Source of the DNA: the human T2T-CHM13v2.0 reference genome, Homo sapiens | Reading direction: 5' to 3' (one strand) | DNA length: 64,000 nucleotides | Assembly: GCF_009914755.1 (NCBI RefSeq) | Contig: NC_060947.1 | Notes under the pieces: model-generated | What the model saw: only the letters and a program-made list of their open reading frames with translations | What the model was told of the DNA's origin: nothing | The model's database searches: none | Part shown: piece by piece, positions 26,969 through 36,822 of the stretch | Layout of the letters: every line of letters begins with the position of its first letter | Position numbering within the stretch: the stretch's first letter is position 1 | Made by a program: the position numbers and the translations under genes

Positions 26969-27519
26969 TGTGATGGTTAATATTAGGTGTCAACTTGATT
27001 GGACTGAATTGAAGGACGCCTAGATAGCTGATAAAGTATTGTTTCTGGGTGCATCTGTGAGGGTGTTGTCAGAGGAGACTGACGTTTGAGTCCGTGGACC
27101 GGGAGAGGAAGACTCATCCTCAATGTGGATGGGCACCATCCAATTGGCTGCCCGCACGGGTAAGGCAGGGCAGATGGAAGTAGGTGGGACAAGCTGGCTT
27201 GCTGAGTCTTCTGGCTTTCATCCTTCTCCCGTGCGGGATGCTTCCTTCTGTTCCTCCTGCCCTCGGACATCAGACTCCAGGTTCTTTAGCCTTTGGGCTC
27301 TTGGACTTACACCAGTGGTTTGCAGGCGGGCTCTTGGGCCTCGGGACACAGACTGAAGACTACACTGTTGGCTTCCCTACGTTTGAGGCTTTTGGACTCA
27401 GACTGAGTCACTACTGGCTGCTTTCTTCCCCAGCTTGCAGACGGCCTATCATGGGACTTCGCCTTGTGATCATTTGAGCCAATTCTCCCTGATAAACTCC
27501 TTTTCATATGTATACATAT

Positions 27520-27569
<50 letters not shown>

Positions 27570-27620
27570 GATACATATATCCTATTAGTTCTGTCCCTCT
27601 GGAGAACCCCAACTAAAACA
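26969..27620 (+). mobile_element. Intact ERVL solo LTR, MLT2 family (MLT2B-like), with an internal (TG)n
   Basis: TGTGATGGTTAATATTAGGTGTCAACTTGA ... ctgtccctctggagaaccccaactaaaaCA, with a perfect 5-bp TSD cctac at 26964-26968 and 27621-27625. Confidence 0.9.
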
Positions 27621-28432
27621 CCTACTCTAGGGGATGTTTTGAAATGAACATCCAAGGGCAAAGGGAAGGCAATGGACTGACAGGCCGCATGTTTTCACAT
27701 ATGTAATCTCATGTGCACGGACAATACAGAGGCTTCTGTGGTTGAAGTGCTGGAGCCCACAAAAGCAGAAAATGAAGCTGAGGTTGGACCTACTCAGGGG
27801 TGGGGGTGGGGGGGAGTTGGAGTAAGTTGGGCAGTTTCCATTTTAACCAAGAGACCACAGGGAGTCACCATGGGTCTGTGGGCAGGAGAGGGCACACTCC
27901 AGTGGTGTCTGAGGCTGTTGCTTCAGAAGGTTGGAGGCAGACCAGCTACGAGCTGGAGCACAGGAAGAAAAGGAACAGAAGAGGGGATCCATCCAGTGAG
28001 GGGACAGGGGCAGGAGGCTGGGCAGACAAATGTGGGCCCCAAAGGACTGGAACCCAGTCCATGGCACCCTCCCTGCAGCCCTAGTCAGGGGCAGGTAATG
28101 GCTCCAAGTCTGCCCTTTGGGATGCTGGCCTCTGAGAAGCGAGGTCATTGAGGGGAAGAGGCCCAGATTGGGAGAAAGAAGGCTGTGTGAGGCTTCAGGG
28201 GTCCAGTTTTCAAGGTACTGAGCGAGCCACCAGGAGCACAGAGGCAGGCTTTTTCCCAATCCTGCTCTTTCATACACCACCCCACTCCCAAAGGACCCTG
28301 CCACACCTGCCACAGCTAGAATCTGTAAGAGACGCCAACATAACACAGGCCTGGGAAACCAGCTCCATCAGACATGGCTCCTGCTACCAAGGCCAGAGTG
28401 CCTTGACCTGGGCTTCTTTACACATTATCCCA

Positions 28433-28612
28433 CAGTAGTGGTTCTCAAAGTACCATCTCCACGCCAGCAGCATCCGCATCAGCTGGTACAGCGTTAGAAA
28501 CCTAAATTATTGGGCCTCACCCAACCCACTGAACTGGGAACTTTGGGAGTGGGGTCTAGCAGTCTGTTAAGTCCACCAGAAGGTTAGACGCAGCTTCATT
28601 TTGGAGGAACCA
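28433..28612. mobile_element. MER5A-like DNA transposon
   Basis: agtggttctcaaagt...gcagcatc.gcatca.ctgg...gttagaaa...gggagtggggtctagcagtctg pattern. Confidence 0.65.
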
Positions 28613-29201
28613 GTGAACTCCAGAAAGGCCTAAACCATGCAGACCCATTCATTTTCATTTTGACAGTAGTGACCCATCACGCTGTCCTGAGGTTTTCCTA
28701 CAGGACAATTGTCAATGAAGAAATCGTTTGTTTGGTCACGATAGCGTGTGGGCTGATTTAAAGGCGTGTCTAGCTCAATAACAACTGTTTTCAGAAACTT
28801 TTTGAAGCACTGTAACAATCCCACCTCCCAAATATTAAGTTGTTGATTACGAGTGGTTTTTAGGCCTTTATTAACTAACATTAATCTTCACAGCACATTC
28901 CTATGCATTTCCCGATGTGGACCTCAGGCAGGGACTCTGGCTTACTTGCTTTTGTGCCCAGTTTTGTTTGGCTGTATATTCATAGTGCCCAGTGCAGCAG
29001 TAGGTGCTCTTTACATATCTGCTGAATAAACCAATCTAGGTAGGGCTGGCATTCTCATGATTCTGATTTTGCACAGGAGAAAGCGAAGGCTCAGAAGACA
29101 GAAGTATTTATAAATTGTGCCCTGCCTCCCTGCCTGCATAAAGGGTGCAGGGCTGTCTCAGAGCAGCTGGGATCCAAGCCACAGGTGGCACAGCTAGCAA
29201 A

Positions 29202-29371
29202 TGACTGACTCAGCATTTCCTTCTAGGGCTGCTAACCCAGAGTGGAGCAACTCTTTGCTTAGCTGTGGCTGAGAAAATGCCCTTCCCTAGGGGAGAAAAA
29301 GCACGTTTTCCTGCACAAGCCAGTCTATAATTCCAAAGCACTTTCCCTCCGGGTGCTAGTATGTGACTGAG
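29202..29371. repeat. 170-bp relic of the ancestral arm; inverted copy at 40058-40227
   Basis: Base-by-base reverse-complement comparison gives 3 mismatches in 170 and no gaps. Confidence 0.95.
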
Positions 29372-30379
29372 ATATGGTCGAATCTAAACCAAGTCACAAA
29401 ATCAGTGATATCCATTGTGCGGAGGTATCCACTAGATGCCACTGCCAAGTTAAGAGAGCTGAATCCTAATCGTGAGGTTTTGAGGGGAGGTGTGTGACTT
29501 TCTCAGAGAGATTAAATGTAGCATTAAACATCCGCTGTAATAAACCGTAATTTTCTTGGGATTGGACCGGAAGGGCAACAAGCCCTGGAGATAGCTTTCC
29601 TCCGGGTTGTCGCCTTGGATGCCGGATCTGTCAAAGAAAAGGAAAAGTCTCCTGGCGTATGGACTTCAGGACACAAACAGTTGTATCTTGTGCTTCTCCC
29701 AGCACAATCTAGCGCTATAATGCACCTATGGCATCTTTGTTGAATACATGCTCCTGTATATGGACTGCCTAGGATGGATGATCGGGTGAACTGAGCCATA
29801 ACTTTGAGAGAGCTTTGAAAGAGAAAGGCATTCTCTTCTCCTCTACTCTGCATCAGGAGTTGTTCTCTATGCTGATTTTCAGGAGCGGACTGAAAAAAGA
29901 GGTGTGACAGATAAAGCTCGCCAAAAAGGTCTTTTACTTGATATATACTATGACTCAGTGTTCACATTGGGCTAGGGTTATTATTTCAATTTCTCTTTAA
30001 AAATTGACACAACTAAGGCTCAGAGAAGTTAAGTGTTTTATCCGAGGTCACACAGCAAGCATGTGCCTGGGCTCAGGTCTCTCTGAGCCTGAGCCCTTGC
30101 TTATGCTTCCTCCCCTGCACATTCTGGGATAATCTCTCTCTCTTTCTCTCTCTCTCTCTCCCTCCCTCCCTCCGTCAACTCCCAGAGACCAGGCTCTGAC
30201 AGGATCCTGAGGGATTCCTGCCAGAGGGTTGCCATCTCTGGAAGCCCCCACCCCCACGCCGGGTGAATCTTTTTTTCTGTGGAGTGCGGGCCTGGAGCTA
30301 GGTGAGGCCTGAGCCTCCATTTCAGGGGCTTTCTGTAGAATCTGTTGCTGCTGTTGCCTCCAGCAGAGTCTGTTTCAGG

Positions 30380-31950
30380 AAGAGGTTTGCCTGCCTGCGC
30401 GGGACAGCGGTGCCATTCATCACTGCAGGAGGGCAGAATCCGGGGTTGGGGGCCGCACGTCGAGAGGGGAGGGGCCAGGGGGCGGCCCCCTTGTGACCAG
30501 CCCTGAGGAGAGGTCAGGAGAGAAGGCTGGCTGAGGAGCGCCTGGACAGCAGCAGTTGCTGACGTTCTATATCACGCGCCTGGGGCCCAAGGTAACCCAG
30601 ACCTTTAAACAAACTGCCGGGCTGGGGGTGTTGCGGGGGCAGGAGAGGGAAAAGGGAGCGGAGACTTCGGGGGTCGCGCGAGGATAGTGGTGGCCATAGA
30701 GGTGGCAAATGCGTGAAGGGAGGGAGTAGTAATCCGAATTCTAGGAGAAATCATAGGAATTGAAGTCGCAGAAGCAAGAAAAGGGGTGTGAGAGCACAAG
30801 CGCGAAAAAGCGTGAGAGGGCGCAAGAGCTGGGTGGACCGAAAGTGCGCTGAGGGGCAACGGCTTAGAGTGGAACACACCGGGTCACAGAAGTATAGGTT
30901 AGGTAGAAACAGAGGGACACTTTCTTCCTGTGAGTTCATTTTCCAAAAGTGCGTCCTTTCAGCCATTTTGGAGAGAAAATGTTGACCCAAGTGTTTTTTA
31001 GGATACAGGGAAAGAACGTCAGAGGAAGCTGCACCAAAGCGAGGCTGCGCAGGGCGCAAAAAAGCAGTCAGAGGGTGGCGCCTTTTTTAAAGAAGTTTCC
31101 ATCCTTTCTGTCCTAAAGCTCAGGCCGTTCCCCACCCCCACCGCTCGCTAGCCTTCTGTTCCCAGTCCCCTGGCATGATCTGATCGCCTTTGAAGCAGGT
31201 AACCGCCTCGGTCTCCCCATCAGCTCCAGGGGCCTCTCAGTTGAGTGGGTGGAGCCGACAGAAGCCGCGGGCTGAGCTCAAGGGCCGATGGGAGGGGTCC
31301 TGGGGGCGCTAACTGCGCACCGCGGCCATGACGCTGGGCAGATCATTCACAGAAGTCTCTGTCTCCTTTCATCTACAGTCGCAGCTGTTTTCCAGACGCC
31401 TTGCTCCTCAGGTCGGGGAGTGATCTGATGGCCCAGGTTCGAGAAACTTCTTTGCCCTCCGGCTCTGGGGTCCGCTGGATCTCCGGAGGTGGGGGAGGAG
31501 CCTCTCCTGAGGAGGCGGTTGAGAAGGCGGGGAAAATGGAGGAGGCGGCGGCGGGGGCTACGAAGGCGTCTTCGAGACGTGAAGCCGAGGAGATGAAGCT
31601 GGAGCCATTACAAGAGCGTGAGCCCGCGCCGGAGGAGAACTTGACGTGGAGCAGCAGCGGCGGCGACGAGAAGGTGCTCCCTTCAATCCCCCTTCGCTGT
31701 CACAGCAGCTCCTCGCCCGTTTGCCCGCGCCGCAAGCCCCGCCCTCGGCCCCAGCCCCGGGCCCGCTCCCGCAGCCAGCCTGGGCTCTCGGCCCCACCCC
31801 CGCCTCCAGCCCGGCCCCCGCCCCCGCCGCCACCCCCGCCCCCACCCGCACCGCGGCCCAGGGCCTGGCGTGGATCCCGGCGCAGATCCCGGCCTGGGTC
31901 CAGGCCTCAGACACGGAGAAGCTGCTCTGGTGACCTAGACGGGTCGGGGG
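30380..31950. promoter_or_regulatory. CpG-rich promoter and 5' region of USP51, with probable 5' UTR exons
   Basis: High GC and CpG density. Donor aag|gtaacc at 30591/2. Candidate exon 31166-31198 (ttcccag| ... cag|gtaacc). Strong acceptor tctctgtctcctttcatctacag| before 31379. Confidence 0.75.
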
Positions 31951-33563
31951 ATCCTGGCGGCTTAGGGGACTGGTTGCTGGAGGTCGAGTTTGGTCAGGGT
32001 CCCACAGGCTGCTCTCATGTGGAGAGCTTTAAAGTAGGTAAGAACTGGCAGAAGAACCTGAGGTTGATCTACCAGCGTTTCGTTTGGAGTGGGACCCCAG
32101 AGACTAGGAAACGTAAAGCAAAGTCATGCATCTGTCACGTATGTAGTACCCATATGAACAGACTCCACTCTTGTCTCTCCTGTGTCTTTTTTGGCTGCTT
32201 CACTGAGAAACATATTCACAAACATGCAGAAACAAAGCAGCACCATTTAGCTGTAGACCTTTATCATGGGGTCATATATTGCTTCATGTGTAAGGATTAT
32301 GTATATGACAAAGACATAGAACAGATTGCCAAAGAAACAAAAGAAAAAATTTTGAGATTATTAACTTCCACCTCAACAGATGTTTCTCATCAACAGTTTA
32401 TGACATCAGGGTTTGAAGACAAGCAATCAACCTGTGAGACAAAGGAACAGGAGCCAAAATTGGTGAAACCCAAGAAAAAGAGAAGAAAAAAGTCAGTCTA
32501 TACTGTAGGCCTGAGAGGGCTAATCAATCTTGGGAACACTTGTTTTATGAATTGTATTGTCCAGGCACTTACCCATATTCCTCTACTGAAAGATTTCTTC
32601 CTCTCTGACAAGCACAAATGTATAATGACAAGCCCCAGCTTGTGTCTGGTCTGTGAAATGTCTTCGCTTTTTCATGCTATGTACTCTGGGAGCCGAACTC
32701 CTCACATTCCCTATAAGTTACTGCATCTGATATGGATCCATGCAGAACATTTAGCAGGGTACAGGCAGCAGGATGCCCATGAGTTCCTTATTGCAATATT
32801 AGACGTGCTACATAGACACAGCAAAGATGATAGTGGTGGGCAGGAGGCCAATAACCCCAACTGCTGTAACTGCATCATAGACCAAATCTTTACAGGTGGC
32901 CTGCAATCAGATGTCACATGTCAAGCCTGCCATAGTGTTTCTACCACCATAGACCCATGCTGGGACATCAGTTTGGACTTGCCTGGCTCTTGTGCCACAT
33001 TCGATTCCCAGAACCCAGAGAGGGCTGACAGCACAGTGAGCAGGGATGACCACATACCAGGAATCCCCTCACTTACAGACTGTCTACAGTGGTTTACAAG
33101 GCCAGAGCACCTAGGAAGCAGTGCCAAAATCAAATGCAATAGTTGCCAAAGCTACCAGGAGTCTACTAAACAGCTCACAATGAAAAAATTACCCATTGTG
33201 GCTTGTTTTCATCTCAAGCGGTTTGAGCATGTAGGCAAACAGAGGCGAAAGATTAATACCTTTATCTCCTTTCCCTTGGAGCTGGACATGACTCCGTTTT
33301 TGGCCTCTACTAAAGAGAGCAGAATGAAAGAAGGCCAGCCACCAACAGATTGTGTGCCCAATGAGAATAAGTATTCCTTGTTTGCAGTGATTAATCACCA
33401 TGGAACTTTGGAAAGTGGCCACTATACCAGCTTCATCCGGCAACAAAAGGACCAGTGGTTCAGCTGTGATGATGCCATCATCACCAAGGCTACCATTGAG
33501 GACTTACTCTACAGTGAAGGGTATTTACTGTTCTATCACAAACAGGGTCTAGAGAAAGACTAG
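31428..33563 (+). CDS. USP51: Ubiquitin-specific peptidase 51 (711 aa; USP22/USP27X family), intronless CDS
   Basis: Starts [10 protein letters not shown] and has a Pro/Arg-rich N-terminus. ZnF-UBP domain ([28 protein letters not shown]), Cys box [19 protein letters not shown], and His box [16 protein letters not shown]. Confidence 0.97.
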
Positions 33564-33974
33564 TCTTACCAGACCACTTACTGAAAAAAAAGTAAATGAT
33601 TAGGCAAGGATTTTGAAGTGACACACAGACCTACTTGGAATGGACAATGACAGTAACACCTATGTGACAGCTAGTATCTTGATATAAAGAACCTATTTTA
33701 GCATGGCCCATGGGTCTGTCGGAAGAAAAAAATGAATACTAACCAGTGACCATTCAACCTTAAGAAATGGGGAGAGGGAGAAGAGGTTGAAAATGGTCAC
33801 ATAAAGCATAATGAAATGAAAAGAATGCTTTAGGTGGGGACAACGGGAGTAGAAGTGTTCTGATGCTACTCTATGTCATTTGTTTTTACAGAAATATCTT
33901 GTGAAGTCAGGGAGTATTCCTTTATCAGCAAAAACTTCACAATTGGTGTTCCAGCTGTGGCTGACCAGCTAAAT

Positions 33975-34800
33975 AGTTTGAAAGAAAAATAATATTTTAA
34001 AATAAAGTTTAAAGAGCTTTAAAAGAAAAACATTTAAAAAGGAAAAAATCATTTTTAAGATTTTAAAAGAAAAAAACTTTTAAATGTTGAAAAAAATTTA
34101 AGTTGTTATTTTTAAAAGAAATATTTTAAAAGTTAAAAATAATTTTTTAATTTAAAGAAGTTTCAGAATTTTAAAAATTAAAAGCAAAGAAAATTAAATT
34201 CTTAAAGTTTAAAAATGTAAAATAAATTAAGGAACAAGGTTAAAAATGAAAGTTTACCAAAAAAAGGAAGAAAATACTGTTAAAAATTAAAGTTAGAAAC
34301 AAAGGAACATCTTAAAAGTTTCAAATGAAGGAAAATAATATAAATAGATATTTCAAAATTAAAGCATAAAATATACGTATTTAAAAAGTGTTAACAAAAT
34401 TACTACTATAATGATTAAGAAATAAATTTTCAAAAATACAGAATGGAATGCAATTCAGATTTTAGAGAAAAGTTTTAAAAGAGGCAAGTTTAGAATAATT
34501 CAAGACAAAAAGACAAAATGTGTTTAAAGACAAAAATTGAAAAAATACAGGAAGAAAATAGAGACTTGTAAAATAAAAAGAACCTTAGATAAGTTCAAGA
34601 GATTTAAATGAAAACTTTAAATATTTAAATAAAGATTTAAAAATTTAAGCTTTTAAAAAGAAAAACAGTTACATAAAAATTGACCAGTGAAAAAATGTGA
34701 AAGATTCAAGTAGAAAAAATTATTAAAATTAAAAGTTTAAGAAGTTCTATTTTTTTATTTAAGCATATTAAAATACAGACGGGTATGAAAGAAATAAATG
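33975..34800 (+). repeat. A-rich low-complexity tract in the USP51 3' region
   Basis: About 800 bp dominated by A runs and ttttaaaa units, with very few C. Confidence 0.9.
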
Positions 34801-35379
34801 GAGGAGACAGGAATAACGACAGCGGTGTGTGAGTATATATATATATATATTTTTTTTTTTTTGAGCTTTATGTTGATATATCAATATACGTTGGAAAAGG
34901 AAATAGACATTTTAATCATTATCTTACCATCCAATTGTGAAATGGCTGCAAGGCCTAAACACTAACTAACCCACCTTCCCCTCTTGAGATTCCATGCCCC
35001 ATCTCATATCCTGAAGGAAGTCAAATTACTTCCTAGGCAGAATCAATTCATCTGAGAAAAATGAAAACATTAGGGACTTTCCCATTTAGAACTGCATTAT
35101 TCATACAAATTCTTAGCTTCTGAAAAGGGGCTCTTGATAATTTGGTGGCTTAGAGAAGTTAGATCACAGCTGTGAAGCTCTGGCTTTGGTATTTGAGCCC
35201 CATGGCCTGATTGAGGAAGTGGCAGGGACCCATATCTGAGGCCTTCCCACCTTCCTTTTTCCCTCTTCCCCCTCCAAGGAGAAACAAGACCTTTAATTTC
35301 CACAGTAGAGCAATGGGTTTGTGCTTGCAGTCCTTCTGCTCATTCTTTATTCCCTCTTTATTTCCTTTTTTTGTCACTC

Positions 35380-35750
35380 ATGCCTAGTTCCCTGAACCCC
35401 TTACTTACCTGGCCTTACCTACATCTCTGAGCCCCAGCCTGCAGGGCTCCTTCTTTGACTATTCACCTGGTGGCTTTTACTCCTCCTTCAAGACCCAACT
35501 CACAGATGACTTCTCTGGAGTCTTCCCTGAATGCTCTAGGCAGGTATAAATGAGAAAATTGTTCCTCTCTTCCCCTCTTTATTCCTCTCACTGTGCCTCC
35601 AAAGTACTTTGTCCATACCTCGGTGATAGTACTTATTCTACTGTGATTTTATTGTAGCTTTGTGATTGTCTGCCCCTCTGCACTGAGCATCTAAGAACAG
35701 GGGGCCAAGCCTTATTCATTTCTGTGTTAATAAATATTTGTTAAATGTGA
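35380..35750 (+). mobile_element. LINE-2 3' end carrying an AATAAA (35729-35734)
   Basis: ctccttcaagacccaactc...tcttccctga...cttattcatttctgtgttaataaatatttgttaaatg. Confidence 0.6.
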
Positions 35751-36273
35751 AGATGAGTTCAGTTATTTGCTCTATTCACCTTGTCAGTAATGTTTTCTCA
35801 CCCCTTCATCCATCAGGCTGCCATTAAATGCCCAGTGCTATACTACAGTGTGATCAGTATTGTATTTTACCCCAAAGCAGGATATGAAAAGCACTCAGCT
35901 GCAGGGGCTGGCTTAAGAAAGGTGCTCAGTGAGAAATAGCCAGGTGTGTGGAGGGAGGCCCAGGTACAATGCAGAGAAAAGAGCACAGGCCTGGAAGTTG
36001 GCAGTCATGGAAGACTGGGTGGGGATGAGGAGCAGCAGCTGAAGGTGAGGCTGAGCTCTCTGGCATGTGTGTGGCCACACTGCCCCTCATCACAGTGTTC
36101 CTCAGCAGCAGTGTCTCACAACTGTGTACCACACCTCTCTAGGGTTTACCACATTAGTTTACCTTCCCCGTGAGACAGTAGTACCTCATCACTGCACAGT
36201 GTTCTTCATCACACTGCACATCATCACTCTACTACAAGGGAGTGATGTCTGGTAACAGTGTTTATTGAAGAGC

Positions 36274-36822
36274 TGTAGTTTATTTTTCTGCTCGGCACCC
36301 TCATTTTCCCGCCATTCTTTGTGGACCTATTGGGGCTACTGATCACTTTTCCCTGCCTCTGTCACCCCTCCCCAAGTGGGCACATCACTCAGGCTGGGCC
36401 AGATTAGAGTTCTCAATTCCCCTGTCCCTCTACCAGTACCCCTCCCACAGGAGCATTTCTTCTGAGGGTGGGCATAGGGCCCAAGTAGGGCCAATCAGAG
36501 TCTGTTGCTAAATTGAAGGTATGTGGACACTGGAAGAAAAAACGTGTCTCCCTCCTGATCCCACCCCCAAGCTGTAGTCACTATGCTATGATAACCTGAT
36601 TCTGGGACTTTGAGAGGTCAATATCTATAACACAAAGAGAAAACCAGAAAGAACTGGAGATTGGGAGAAAGAGCCCAGGGAACATCGTTTGAACCTTGTG
36701 GATCCAGCTGTGCCAGAAGCGCCAAAGTTCCCAGCTATCTGAGCCAATAGAGTCCTTTGTTTTGCTTAAGCTAGTTGTCAGTTGGGATCCTGTCATTTGC
36801 AGCCAAGGGTCTTGAACATACT
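36274..36822 (+). mobile_element. Ancient ERVL/MaLR-type LTR
   Basis: ggccaatcagagt motif and 3' end tgagccaata...ttgcttaagctagtt...ctgtcatttgcagccaag. Subfamily uncertain. Confidence 0.6.

Noticed and set aside
26996-27012. DUX4-type motif in the MLT2 LTR
   Set aside because: The sequence tgattggactga departs from the TAAYYYAATCA consensus on the reverse strand, so it is not supportable.
31401-31427. 720-aa ORF start given in the track
   Set aside because: The start codon is TTG. The first in-frame ATG at 31428 gives the 711-aa protein.
31558-33446. Antisense and alternate-frame ORFs within USP51
   Set aside because: Expected by-products of GC-rich coding sequence, with no independent support.
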